IMG/VR virus record: IMGVR_UViG_3300031555_001542
Location: 32,001-96,000 of that record
Source of the DNA: a virus
Taxonomy: Duplodnaviria; Caudoviricetes
DNA: 64,000 nucleotides
Reading direction: 5' to 3' (one strand)
Position numbers and translations under genes: made by a program. The notes beneath the pieces were generated by a model that did no database searches, had not been told where the DNA came from, and saw only the letters and a list, made by a program, of their open reading frames with translations. Shown here in pieces: positions 1 to 9,446 of this stretch (position 1 is the first letter of the stretch; each line of letters starts with the position of its first letter).

Positions 1-245
1 ACATCTTCAACTATTGTGAATCTGCGCTAGAGTTAGCATTTGAGGTTCTTGGCATCGAAGAAAACTACATTCCATTAATGCAGTTTTGCATAATGTGGGA
101 AAATAACAACCGTGCGCTTTGGGGCTATAACATTCCAGATAAACCGTTTGGCGGCTTAACTGCAGATATTTATTATCAATGTTTTAAGGATGATTATGAA
201 CTCTGGCAAAGAACCTTGGAGGAAATCGCAAATGAAGATTATTAA
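1..245 (+). CDS. partial hypothetical protein (5' end outside window)
   Basis: Open frame from base 3 (IFNYCESALELAF...EDY) to TAA at 243-245, overlapping the next start. Confidence 0.6.
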   Translation, partial: IFNYCESALELAFEVLGIEENYIPLMQFCIMWENNNRALWGYNIPDKPFGGLTADIYYQCFKDDYELWQRTLEEIANEDY

Positions 246-501
246 GAGTGGAGACCGACGACCAAGGCGCTTTACTTGCAGATATTGTGGTTGTGTGTTC
301 GTTGCAGAACTTGGTGAATATACTGTTGCAGCAAGTGGTGATAATTTTTTTGTACAGTGCCCTGAATGTAACAGCAATTTTGATATGAAAGCACCATTAT
401 ATACAGATGAATTTGTGATAATAGATAAAACTGAATCTACTAATTATAATGATTGGACCCATAGTATGTATTGTGATTGGATGCAAAGGCAAGGTATGTA
501 A
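232..501 (+). CDS. small Zn-ribbon protein
   Basis: GGAGG before ATG 232 (track start 190); CRYC...CPEC. Confidence 0.7.
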   Translation: MKIIKSGDRRPRRFTCRYCGCVFVAELGEYTVAASGDNFFVQCPECNSNFDMKAPLYTDEFVIIDKTESTNYNDWTHSMYCDWMQRQGM

Positions 502-502
502 A

Positions 503-850
503 ATGAATTATAATTTTCGAGGGAAACGTGCCGAGTTAGGTGTATATGATGATGCTATGGGTTTTACGCCAGAAGAAAGAGAAACGTATCATAATATGTT
601 GGTCAATCATAGTTTTGATACTGGATTAAATATATTCGATGACAAACTATGGATTTGTGGTGATGATGTTGTTGAATCTGTCGTGCCATCTCCAAAAATA
701 TTGCATGATAAGATAACTGCGGAAAGACATGCAGAGATGCTAGTTGCAGTTGAAGAATTTCTCGAAAACCATCCATTAGATAAGATTATAAAGATAAATG
801 GTAGTAAGTTCGACAATACAGAATTAATGGAGGAGCAAAATGGAAACTAG
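503..850 (+). CDS. hypothetical protein
   Basis: ATG 503 directly after the previous stop (track start 449). Confidence 0.6.
   Translation: MNYNFRGKRAELGVYDDAMGFTPEERETYHNMLVNHSFDTGLNIFDDKLWICGDDVVESVVPSPKILHDKITAERHAEMLVAVEEFLENHPLDKIIKINGSKFDNTELMEEQNGN
813..828 (+). promoter_or_regulatory. repeated 16-bp motif, copy 1 (ACAATACAGAATTAAT)
   Basis: Matches 7 other copies; abuts the GGAGG RBS of ORF 840. Confidence 0.5.
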
Positions 851-1340
851 ATGCGTGCCTTTTAAATTTACAATTGAAGGACAAGAAATTGAGGCTTATC
901 TAACAGAAAAGAACTGGGAATTGGTTCTCAAAGCAATAAATAAAAAGAAAACTGGATATGAGCGTGCAGACTACAATAAAATATATTTTACTGAAGGCTG
1001 CGGATATGTTCAGAGCTATGCTGATTGGGGTAAAGATATTGACGAATCATATTATAAGTGTGCCAACTATTATTCTGACAAAACTGTAGCTGAAAATAAT
1101 ACTCGTGCAGACAACCTTATGCGCCAGTTGAGACGGTTTGCGGTTGAGCATAGAACAAAGGATGACCCAGATGAAAAATTTTATATTTTTGATATGAAGC
1201 AAGTTGGGTTGCAAATAGCACGAAACACTGATAAGTATATTGGTCCATGGTTTGATACTTTACATGCAGCTTCTCAGGCAATTGAAACTTTCCGTGACGA
1301 ACTAATTTGGTACTTTACTGAATATAAAGACAGCCTATGA
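840..1340 (+). CDS. hypothetical phage protein
   Basis: GGAGGAG RBS, 166 aa ORF. Confidence 0.75.
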   Translation: METRCVPFKFTIEGQEIEAYLTEKNWELVLKAINKKKTGYERADYNKIYFTEGCGYVQSYADWGKDIDESYYKCANYYSDKTVAENNTRADNLMRQLRRFAVEHRTKDDPDEKFYIFDMKQVGLQIARNTDKYIGPWFDTLHAASQAIETFRDELIWYFTEYKDSL

Positions 1341-1348
1341 GGTGACAT

Positions 1349-1480
1349 ATGGAATATTTAAAACTAATTGTACTTATATGCTTTGTTATACCAGTAGTAA
1401 TATCAGCCATTGTTCTTATTGTTCTAACGGCGGCTTATATAAAAGCCATGATCAGAAGAAGAAAAATAAATAATATTTAA
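1349..1480 (+). CDS. small single-pass membrane protein (43 aa, not in ORF track)
   Basis: GAGGTG RBS; MEYLKLIVLICFVIPVVISAIVLIVLTAAYIKAMIRRRKINNI, hydrophobic segment plus basic tail. Confidence 0.6.
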   Translation: MEYLKLIVLICFVIPVVISAIVLIVLTAAYIKAMIRRRKINNI

Positions 1481-1492
1481 GAGGTGTTTTAA

Positions 1493-1675
1493 ATGTCACA
1501 TGGAATTATCGGTGGCATCCTAGGTATTGCCATCGCATTTGTTTTAGACTTTATTGGTGTGGACACTTATGTAATTGAATTTTTGCAGCCCTATCTAACA
1601 TTTGCACTTAATATTTATCATTTTTATGGGCTATTTGGAATTTTAGGTGCTGTTGCAGGCATTCTACCGTGGTAA
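1493..1675 (+). CDS. small membrane protein, two hydrophobic segments
   Basis: GAGGTG RBS; hydrophobic 60 aa. Confidence 0.65.
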   Translation: MSHGIIGGILGIAIAFVLDFIGVDTYVIEFLQPYLTFALNIYHFYGLFGILGAVAGILPW

Positions 1676-1690
1676 TTAGGAGGGTTAAAA

Positions 1691-1903
1691 ATGAGCGGAC
1701 GTTATATTAGACAAGAACCTTATGTTGATGATCATGGTATTTATGTTCCAGAAAAGGAATATGTGCCTGAAGACTGTGTTAGTACATATCGCTGCATTAT
1801 GACAAAAGAAATGTTTGTTGAGGCATACAACAAATGGATTAATGGATATACTAGCATCCATCATTATGGCGAAGATGATGCTGATTGTTGGAGTGATGAT
1901 TAA
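1691..1903 (+). CDS. hypothetical protein
   Basis: GGAGG RBS; 70 aa. Confidence 0.65.
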   Translation: MSGRYIRQEPYVDDHGIYVPEKEYVPEDCVSTYRCIMTKEMFVEAYNKWINGYTSIHHYGEDDADCWSDD

Positions 1904-2070
1904 TGGGTGGCCCAATTGAAATTCGTAAAGACGGTGTGCCTATTTGTGAGTGCGCAAATGAAGATTGTCTTTATCCTTATGAAATTATGAAAGATATGAT
2001 GAAGTATGGATATAAGTTTTATCAAGATGGAAAGATTTATAAACCAGAAAAGAAGAAGCAAGAAAAATAA
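1903..2070 (+). CDS. hypothetical protein (55 aa, not in ORF track)
   Basis: TAATG coupling to the previous stop; MGGPIEIRKDGVPICECANEDC... Confidence 0.55.
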   Translation: MGGPIEIRKDGVPICECANEDCLYPYEIMKDMMKYGYKFYQDGKIYKPEKKKQEK

Positions 2071-2089
2071 AATATAAAGGCGGTGATGT

Positions 2090-4891
2090 TTGTTGGCGAA
2101 GCAAAAGAAATTACAACAATATGTATTTAAGATAAACTCTACTCTATTGCGTAAAAATGATTGGAATTTAACTTTGCCGCTAAACAGAGCTAGAAATACA
2201 ACAGGGCTTGTCGTTGCCCTAGCAGATTCACAGATCCTATCTTGGATCAATGAATTGAATGGAACTGAAGATTATGATATTCAGGCAAAAGAAATTAAGC
2301 GACAAATTAAAGAGATTAAGAAGCAGCCAGTGAGCCGTAGTAATAAAACTAAAATCTCAAATTTGTATAAGCAGCTATATAGACTTCAGTTCAAAGAAGA
2401 TTATCTGTGTGTCATAATGGATAGAAAATCAGACTATGACCGTGCTAATCAAGGTTTTTATGTCAATGGAATTAAATATCTGCGTCTTTTGTGCACTACA
2501 GGAGGCGTAAAAACATCAACAGTTGTGTATGTTAGCGAGAAGTTGCACCCTGAATTGAAGAAGCGCATCGAGAATGGCAAGAATAATGAAGTAAAACTTG
2601 TCCCCGCAAAATTGGGAGCCTATGAAGCCTTAGCAGCCAGCGGATCTCTTGAAGTTAGTTGGCCAAAGGACAAATATGCGCCAATTCCTGGCGGAGTTAT
2701 AGTTATTCGTGACGCCTTTACTGAATTTTATGCAGATTTGATTAACATTGATGATAGTGATAGAACTCAGGAGCCAATTGTGCAGTTTGCGCCAAATCAA
2801 TTAGTTAGAAATGACTGTTCAGACGGATGCTCTATGATGCTCCCTTCCCTATCTAGGCGCTGGAATGGCGAGCTTAATGATGATTATGAGCACACAATGA
2901 GTGGATGCAATCTTCGTTGCGCATGGACCAAGGGTATGACATTCACTTTTGATTATATAAAATTTGCAGAAGAAGTCGTAGGTGCCTCAGATGATTGCCC
3001 TGAAAAGTATTTGATAAAAGATATTTGGGGCCAAGAAAGAGATATTAGAGACTCTGAATTAATTATAACTGAGAGTCAGTTAAAGCTTTGGAGCTGCTAT
3101 GATTCTTGGGAGGATTATTATTCTAAGTGCTTAGAAAACAAGTATACTATCAGAGTTGCAAAGACTGCGCCGCATGAAGTTGATACAGTTAGACAGTTAA
3201 ACTATCAGTTTATTCAGTCGTTAAACCTATCTGATGAAGATATTCAAGAACTTATTGCTCCTACTGTTAATGAAATTAAAGACACTATTGGTTTAGATCA
3301 TAGAAAAAGCCTTGTGTATCTTTGTGGTAAAAACTTAAAAGCAGAGAATATTCAATACACAGACGCCGCAGCAAGGGCACTAATGGCAAATGCAGACACT
3401 ATAAAAGACCCATATATACGCAATAGAATCAAAAAAATGATTAATAAGCGTATCAGAGAGGCAAAGATCGGTGTTCTTGATGTTAGTGGCAACTTCCAAA
3501 TCATCTCTGGTGACATATATGCACTATGCGAGAGTATGTTCGGTTTAGAGGTGCATGGATTGCTCAAAGCAGGTGAACTTTACAGCAAATACTGGAAAGA
3601 TAGTGGTGTTAAGCGTGTAATGTGTGCAAGAGCGCCAATGTCAAATGAGCATTCTCTTGTTTCTCAGGACATTTGTTATGATGATAAAGTTGAGTATTGG
3701 TTTGAATATATGGACACAGTTGCTGTTGTAAATGCATGGGATACTATGCCAATGGCTCTTAATGGTTTTGATTTTGATGGAGATTTGTTATTTACAACAG
3801 ATAGCCCTCCCCTGCTTAAGAATCAAAAGAATCTTCCAGCGCTAAATTGTATTCAGTACAATGCCTCAAAAATAGTTGTTACAGAGGCAGATGTTATTAA
3901 GGCAAATAAGAATGGATTCGGTAGTAAGATTGGCAGTATCACTAATAGAATCACTGCAATTACATCTTTGATGGCAAATTATGAGCCTGGAAGCGTTGAA
4001 TATGAGACTTTAAGGTACAGAACTCAGTGTGGACAAGCTCTGCAGCAAGAGGAAATCGATAAGGCCAAGGGCATTTTACCCAATCCAATGCCTAAAAATT
4101 GGTACATTTTTAGTGAAAATATCATAAAAAATGACGATTCTGATGAAATTAAGGCCAAAAAAATGCTAAATCAGAGGCTTTGTGCAGAGAAAAAACCATA
4201 CTTTTTCGGTTATAATTACACTACTTTAAAGCAAGAATATGACATTTTTGTGCGTGATACGGATGAGCATATTCAGAGTGTAACGGGCAAAAATGTACTA
4301 GATTTGCTTAAAAATGATGGAAATTTGCCAGAAAATGAGCAAAAAATCTTGGAATTTTATAAAAAACGGCTACCTTTAGACGTTTCTCCGTCTACTATGA
4401 ACCGTATTTGCTGGGCGATTGAGGATGAATTTGATGGTGTTGATCTATTTGAGAATGTGAAGTTTGACTACTCTATTTACAAAAGTGGGTTTGAATACTC
4501 GTTAGAGGAATATGAGCTTATAAAATTGAAGTGCGAAGCTTATAAACAGAAAAAACGTGATATAAATAAGAAAAAGTTTGTTGAACATGAGGATATGGAA
4601 GAGAGCGCAACAGACCAAATTGTAAAACTCAATGCAGACTTAGAAGAAAGTTGCTTCTCAATATGCACCAATGAACAAGTGTTGTGTGAGATTTTGCTTG
4701 ATATTTGTTATCGAGATGGTATTGATGTAAATATTGTATGGAACTTGTGTGGGGACGTTATTGTTGACAAACTTGTCAAAAAGTCTGGCACATATAGCTA
4801 TCCAGAACAGGACGACAATGGAGAGTTTAGTTATGGTGGAGTAAAATTTACTATGAAGAATATTGCAGCTGGAGGTGAAGTTAATGATTAA
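2090..4891 (+). CDS. YonO-like single-subunit DNA-dependent RNA polymerase (double-psi beta-barrel family)
   Basis: 933 aa; catalytic NGFDFDGD (nt 3761-3784), upstream R-x-P (CARAPM) and SDG motifs; position ahead of YonK/HU/phosphoesterase genes as in SPbeta. Confidence 0.85.
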   Translation: MLAKQKKLQQYVFKINSTLLRKNDWNLTLPLNRARNTTGLVVALADSQILSWINELNGTEDYDIQAKEIKRQIKEIKKQPVSRSNKTKISNLYKQLYRLQFKEDYLCVIMDRKSDYDRANQGFYVNGIKYLRLLCTTGGVKTSTVVYVSEKLHPELKKRIENGKNNEVKLVPAKLGAYEALAASGSLEVSWPKDKYAPIPGGVIVIRDAFTEFYADLINIDDSDRTQEPIVQFAPNQLVRNDCSDGCSMMLPSLSRRWNGELNDDYEHTMSGCNLRCAWTKGMTFTFDYIKFAEEVVGASDDCPEKYLIKDIWGQERDIRDSELIITESQLKLWSCYDSWEDYYSKCLENKYTIRVAKTAPHEVDTVRQLNYQFIQSLNLSDEDIQELIAPTVNEIKDTIGLDHRKSLVYLCGKNLKAENIQYTDAAARALMANADTIKDPYIRNRIKKMINKRIREAKIGVLDVSGNFQIISGDIYALCESMFGLEVHGLLKAGELYSKYWKDSGVKRVMCARAPMSNEHSLVSQDICYDDKVEYWFEYMDTVAVVNAWDTMPMALNGFDFDGDLLFTTDSPPLLKNQKNLPALNCIQYNASKIVVTEADVIKANKNGFGSKIGSITNRITAITSLMANYEPGSVEYETLRYRTQCGQALQQEEIDKAKGILPNPMPKNWYIFSENIIKNDDSDEIKAKKMLNQRLCAEKKPYFFGYNYTTLKQEYDIFVRDTDEHIQSVTGKNVLDLLKNDGNLPENEQKILEFYKKRLPLDVSPSTMNRICWAIEDEFDGVDLFENVKFDYSIYKSGFEYSLEEYELIKLKCEAYKQKKRDINKKKFVEHEDMEESATDQIVKLNADLEESCFSICTNEQVLCEILLDICYRDGIDVNIVWNLCGDVIVDKLVKKSGTYSYPEQDDNGEFSYGGVKFTMKNIAAGGEVND

Positions 4892-5771
4892 TTTTAAATT
4901 TGATGATAGAAAAGATATTGAAAACAAGATATCTTGTAATTATGTAAATCAAGATAATCCTGAAGATACAATTAGAGATCTTGCAAGATATAATCATCAC
5001 ATTTTAGAAATGAAAAAAGAAGATAATTATGATTCTATTTTAACGTATATGGCTCAGAATTGTCCTGACTTTTATGAAGAGAAGTATTTCAAAATCATTT
5101 ATAGAAATATTGCAAGTGCAAAGAAGTATAAGTTTAGAAGTGTTAATCCAGTTGTAATTACTAAGTCTGAAATTGATAAAATCACCAGTTTAAATGACAT
5201 TAGGAAAGAAAAAATTGCTTTTGTGCTTTTGGCAATTGCGAAATATTATAATAATGTGTCTCCTGACAACAATAATAGGATGTATATATCTATTAGTGAT
5301 TTGTTCAAACTTGCAAGGGTGTCAATTCCATGTAAGGAAAGAGCGAGCTACTTACACTTTGCTTATCAAGAAGGAATCTTGGTTGAGCATACATTTGTTG
5401 GAACAAATTTAAAAGTTGTATCTTTCGTTGATAATGATAGTGATTCAGTAATGAAGCTTGGTGAAGATGATTACAAAGAGCTTGCATATGCTTATTTGAA
5501 TTATAAGAGTGGTGGATATAAACATTGTAAGGGCTGTGGAAAGTTATTTAAAATGCATAAGAATTCCCCTGGTAGGTTGTATTGTAAAGAGTGCGGACAG
5601 AAGGAAGAAACTAGCGGCTTTAAGGCAATTAAGTGTATTGATTGCGGAGCAGATATTGTTGTTAGTGTGTTAAATACTAAAACTTGCAGGTGCGAAACAT
5701 GCCAAGACGTACGAAATAAAGAGCTAAAATCAGCAAGAAATGCAAAATACTATGAGCAACATAAAAATTAA
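4884..5771 (+). CDS. hypothetical protein with C-terminal Cys-pair Zn ribbons, coupled to the RNAP gene
   Basis: GGAGGTG RBS, ATG 4884 overlaps the RNAP end; CKGC, CKEC, CIDC, CRCETC. Confidence 0.75.
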   Translation: MINFKFDDRKDIENKISCNYVNQDNPEDTIRDLARYNHHILEMKKEDNYDSILTYMAQNCPDFYEEKYFKIIYRNIASAKKYKFRSVNPVVITKSEIDKITSLNDIRKEKIAFVLLAIAKYYNNVSPDNNNRMYISISDLFKLARVSIPCKERASYLHFAYQEGILVEHTFVGTNLKVVSFVDNDSDSVMKLGEDDYKELAYAYLNYKSGGYKHCKGCGKLFKMHKNSPGRLYCKECGQKEETSGFKAIKCIDCGADIVVSVLNTKTCRCETCQDVRNKELKSARNAKYYEQHKN

Positions 5772-5790
5772 GACGCTTGCCTTAAAACTT

Positions 5791-5806
5791 ACAATACAAA
5801 ATTAAT
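5791..5806 (+). promoter_or_regulatory. repeated 16-bp motif, copy 2 (ACAATACAAAATTAAT)
   Basis: Intergenic exact consensus at the head of the late gene block. Confidence 0.6.
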
Positions 5807-5810
5807 GTTA

Positions 5811-5838
5811 AAAACACTAGGGATTCTCTAGTGTTTTT
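5811..5838 (+). terminator. hairpin/terminator-like inverted repeat
   Basis: AAAACACTAG-7nt-CTAGTGTTTT. Confidence 0.5.
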
Positions 5839-5944
5839 GGCATTACAAAAATTATGAATTGAATTTTCATAAAATGATAGAGCTTGTTGTGCAAATTAAA
5901 CAAGATAACATTAATAAAATTAACAACACGGGGAGGTACAAAAT

Positions 5945-6139
5945 ATGGCAAAAGCAGCAATAAATCAAACTTTAAAATTAAATGCTAGTGGCATTTTAGC
6001 AATTCAGAGTGACGGCGCTTATATAGAAAATGGCGACACTGGTGAATTGATTAATTTAAAAGACCTATTATCTGAGTTTGCTGACAAATCCGTAAAGATA
6101 TCAGTTACTTATGATTTTGATTATGGTAATGAAGAATAA
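5945..6139 (+). CDS. YonK-like small protein
   Basis: 64 aa, LKDLLSEFADKSVKISV pattern, SPbeta-like synteny; GGAGG RBS. Confidence 0.6.
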   Translation: MAKAAINQTLKLNASGILAIQSDGAYIENGDTGELINLKDLLSEFADKSVKISVTYDFDYGNEE

Positions 6140-6142
6140 TTA

Positions 6143-6499
6143 GTGCAAACAAGGGGGCAAAAAATGGAACGAATAATGAAAAAACAAGAGCTTGCTGAAG
6201 AACTTGCGGCGAGAACTGGTTTCTTTAAAAAGAATGCTAGAGAGTTTGTTGAAGCTCTTTCTGATATTGTTATTGAGCACTTTGAGACTGCTGAATTTGG
6301 CGCAGATAGTGAATTACATTTAGCGCCAGGAGTTGTGCTCGTAGGAAAAAGAAAGCCGTCTGGTGAGGCAAAAGATCCTCGCACTGGTGAAGTTATTATT
6401 AGTCCAGAGAAAGTTATCCCCTCTGCGGTATTTAAACAATCTGTGAGATTGAAATTATATAAAAAGCCAAAGGGCTATAAAAAGAAAAAGAAGGGGTAA
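6143..6499 (+). CDS. HU/IHF-family DNA-binding protein (true start probably 6164 or 6176)
   Basis: MKKQELAEELAARTG, DPRTGE, P-x-F motifs; lysine-rich tail. Confidence 0.85.
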   Translation: MQTRGQKMERIMKKQELAEELAARTGFFKKNAREFVEALSDIVIEHFETAEFGADSELHLAPGVVLVGKRKPSGEAKDPRTGEVIISPEKVIPSAVFKQSVRLKLYKKPKGYKKKKKG

Positions 6500-6505
6500 T
6501 GTTAT

Positions 6506-7702
6506 ATGGTTGATAGCTTAAAGAGAATGGAAAACGAAAATGACGAGCAGTATTTCTATAGAATTTGCAACATGAAAGAAACTCTTGGATTTACGTGGCC
6601 ACAGATGGCGGAAATTTTCAATAATGAGTTTGGATGCAATAAAGGCGATACTGCGTATAGAAAGCGTTGGAATGCATTTAAGAGTGTGCTTGATGCAAAT
6701 ACTGATAAGATTGTTGGCGACAATTCATATTCCAATGAACTACAAGATCAGATTGACGAGTTGTATAAAGCGAAGAGATTACTCGCTGATCAAAGACGTG
6801 AATATAATAAAATGCTTGTTAGTGATGCCAGAGCAGACAATTTAGCAGAAAAGTTAATTGAGGCCGCAAATCTTGTTCCTCTAAAGGATTATTCCAGTGT
6901 TTTTACATTTAAGAATGATACCTCTGTTGAGGAAGCAATTCTTTGCTTGAGCGATTGGCATTATGGACAAGTTTCAAATAATATTTGGAATCAGTATGAT
7001 ACTAATATCTGTTTACAGCGTGTGTCTAAGCTATTTGAGAAAGTTGCGTCTGCTCTGATGGAGCATGAGATTAAAACACTACATGTAGTCCTATTAGGCG
7101 ATTTTGTGAATGGTTCAATCCACACTGGTTGCAGAGTAGCTTCTGAAGAGAATACATGTGAGCAGTTAATGCATGTTTCAGAAATTCTTGCAAACTTTAT
7201 TAATGCAATTTCTGCATATGTTGATGAAGTTAATGTTTATTCTACATATGGCAATCATGCACGTACTATTCAAAACAAGAATGATAGTATTCATGCTGAC
7301 AATATGGAGCGTGTTATTCCATGGTGGTTAAAGCAGCGCCTAAAGGAAAATACCAAGGTTGACATTGTTGATAGTGAATATCATGAGTTTATTTATTTTA
7401 ATGTTTGTGGATATAATGTGGTCTGTTCCCATGGAGATCTTGACCAGTTCAAGAACCTGGGCATGACCGTTAATAGTTTGTTCTCTAAGAAGTATGGCAA
7501 AACAATTGATTACACTTTCTCTGGAGACAAGCATCATCTTGAAGCATTTGAGCAGTTTGGCGTCGAGTCTACTTTAGTAGGTTCTTTGTGCGGAACTGAT
7601 GAATATGCAAATAACAAGAGATTATATTCCAATCCTATGCAGACTTTGTGTATTTTTACACCAGAGGATGGAAAACTATGCTCTTATAATATAAAGTTAT
7701 AA
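6506..7702 (+). CDS. calcineurin-like metallophosphoesterase (YonJ-like)
   Basis: SDWHYG, LGDFVNG, GNH, HGD, GDKHH motifs. Confidence 0.85.
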   Translation: MVDSLKRMENENDEQYFYRICNMKETLGFTWPQMAEIFNNEFGCNKGDTAYRKRWNAFKSVLDANTDKIVGDNSYSNELQDQIDELYKAKRLLADQRREYNKMLVSDARADNLAEKLIEAANLVPLKDYSSVFTFKNDTSVEEAILCLSDWHYGQVSNNIWNQYDTNICLQRVSKLFEKVASALMEHEIKTLHVVLLGDFVNGSIHTGCRVASEENTCEQLMHVSEILANFINAISAYVDEVNVYSTYGNHARTIQNKNDSIHADNMERVIPWWLKQRLKENTKVDIVDSEYHEFIYFNVCGYNVVCSHGDLDQFKNLGMTVNSLFSKKYGKTIDYTFSGDKHHLEAFEQFGVESTLVGSLCGTDEYANNKRLYSNPMQTLCIFTPEDGKLCSYNIKL

Positions 7703-7708
7703 ATGGTA

Positions 7709-7926
7709 TTCCGTCACCTTTAAGTGCGGAACGTTAGGGCTGGTTGTGTGTGGAAAACACTTCCCTGGTCCACCGAATTGCGTGGAAATTCTGCGCTAAG
7801 TCTTGCCTGAGTGACTATAAACTCTGAACGGGCAATTTGTAAGACCCGTCCCTGCGGGGCGAAATCAGGAAGCTAAGCCAGACTTTGGGGCTGGAGCGTC
7901 GTTCAAGAGGACAGAAAACTCTTGTC
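7709..7926 (+). ncRNA. candidate structured RNA of unknown class
   Basis: GC-rich non-coding island with nested local and long-range helices, including G-U pairs (see findings). Confidence 0.55.
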
Positions 7927-7955
7927 GAGTAGGGGTTCATTCCCCTACTCTTTTT
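7927..7955 (+). terminator. intrinsic terminator
   Basis: GAGTAGGGG-ttcatt-CCCCTACTC followed by T tract. Confidence 0.75.
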
Positions 7956-7995
7956 ATTTTATAAAATACGAAATTTGAAAGGACAATGAAAAATT

Positions 7996-8211
7996 ATGGA
8001 AAACATCAAGAAAGAATTTAAGCTAGTATTTAATAGTGGTGTTGCACGTAGACTACTAAAGATGGGTGTTAACATCGCTGATATTAAGGCAGATAGAGCA
8101 AATCCTGACAAGACTGTGTTTGTATTCAAGAGAACCCCCGAGTTCGAGACAGCATTTGCACAGATCAATAAGGAAATCGCAGAAGCTAAGGCTGCAGAAG
8201 AAGTCCTATAA
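7996..8211 (+). CDS. small DUF5659-like protein
   Basis: ARRLLKMG...TVFVFKRTPEF pattern. Confidence 0.6.
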   Translation: MENIKKEFKLVFNSGVARRLLKMGVNIADIKADRANPDKTVFVFKRTPEFETAFAQINKEIAEAKAAEEVL

Positions 8212-8225
8212 TGGGCTTCTTTTTT
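8199..8225 (+). terminator. intrinsic terminator overlapping a stop codon
   Basis: AGAAGTCC-tataat-GGGCTTCT-TTTTT. Confidence 0.55.
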
Positions 8226-8255
8226 GTTTAGAAAGTAAGAAAGGAGGTAGAGTGA

Positions 8256-9446
8256 ATGGCAAGAAGTGCTGGAAAGAAAACTACTTCCACTAAAAAGACG
8301 GTTGATGAACCTATATATCTATGTCACTATTGCTTAAAAGAGAAGAAGAAATCTGAGTTTTATATGAGTACAGACCCTTTGGTTTTAAGCGGCGTTACTT
8401 CAATTTGCAAAGAGTGCACTAAGAAGATTGCATTGAATTGGGATGAGCGCAGACAGGAATACGGAACTTGCACTAAGGCTTCAATTCAAGAGGCATTAGA
8501 GCGGTTAGATAAACCATATATAGAAAGTCTATATAATTCTAGTTATCTTGAATGGGCAGATCCTAATAATAAAAAACCAAGAACTACGGTGTGGGACGCA
8601 TACATTAAGAATGTTGGTTTAAAGAATTACAAGGGTATGCGCTGGAGAGACAGTGACATATATGATGTTTATGTCGAAAAGGCAAAGCAAGCAGCAAAGA
8701 TTGAGCTTGATAAGGAAGACAAACTTCCTGATGCATATCTCCCAGAAGTTAACGATGAGTATAAAATTAATCGTAGAGATGTAATTAGAATGACAGGATA
8801 TGATCCTTTTGCTAGTTATCCAGTTGAGGAAGATAAGCCAGTGCTATATGCACAGCTAATTAGTTTTATAGATGATGAAACTAAAAATGATGGTATGAAA
8901 ATGAATGCAGTTATTCAGATTGTTAAATCATTTAATCAGATTCGTAAAATTAATGACGCAATTGATGAGCTCTCCTCCGATACTATGAAACTTAATAATA
9001 ACAACGGAACCATTAAGCAGCTTGCAGACACTGTATCTAAGCTGTTAGCTGGAGCCAATGCGCTCGCAAAAGATAATGGTATATCTGTAAACTTCAATAA
9101 CTCTAAAAGTAAAGGTCAAAATACTCTTACTGGAAAAATGAAAGAACTTGATCTTATTGGTTTTAGAGATGCAAAAATCAATATGTATGATGTTGATTAT
9201 TGCAAAGGTATGCAACAAGTCGCAGAAATCAGTTCAAAGGCACAAGTTGATCAAATTGGATTTGATGAAAATGTAATGGATGAAATTCAGAGCATTAGAC
9301 GAGAGCTTGTTGACACATTACAAAAAGAAAGAGATAAAGCAGTAGAACGTTCTAGAAGACTACTTGTTGAAAACAAAGACTTAAAAGAGTTCTTAAAAGA
9401 AAAAGGACTAATTGATGAGTTTGGGCAGGTGGTCGATAATGAATGA
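8256..9446 (+). CDS. Zn-finger protein upstream of the terminase, possible small terminase subunit
   Basis: AAAGGAGG RBS; CHYC/CKEC; C-terminal coiled coil; overlaps TerL start. Confidence 0.55.
   Translation: MARSAGKKTTSTKKTVDEPIYLCHYCLKEKKKSEFYMSTDPLVLSGVTSICKECTKKIALNWDERRQEYGTCTKASIQEALERLDKPYIESLYNSSYLEWADPNNKKPRTTVWDAYIKNVGLKNYKGMRWRDSDIYDVYVEKAKQAAKIELDKEDKLPDAYLPEVNDEYKINRRDVIRMTGYDPFASYPVEEDKPVLYAQLISFIDDETKNDGMKMNAVIQIVKSFNQIRKINDAIDELSSDTMKLNNNNGTIKQLADTVSKLLAGANALAKDNGISVNFNNSKSKGQNTLTGKMKELDLIGFRDAKINMYDVDYCKGMQQVAEISSKAQVDQIGFDENVMDEIQSIRRELVDTLQKERDKAVERSRRLLVENKDLKEFLKEKGLIDEFGQVVDNE

Noticed and set aside
2090-4891. RNA-dependent RNA polymerase or RNAi-like system
   Set aside because: DFDGD is shared with eukaryotic RdRPs, but the SPbeta-like context indicates a YonO-type DNA-dependent enzyme
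7800-7870. Hammerhead ribozyme (CTGAGTGA...GAAA) or raiA-motif RNA
   Set aside because: The core has an extra base versus CUGANGA and the stems do not flank it correctly; raiA resemblance is only a few short words; needs Infernal
7927-7950. tRNA T-arm-like GGGGTTCATTCCCC
   Set aside because: 6-nt loop, no D or anticodon arm, no CCA; the T tract fits a terminator
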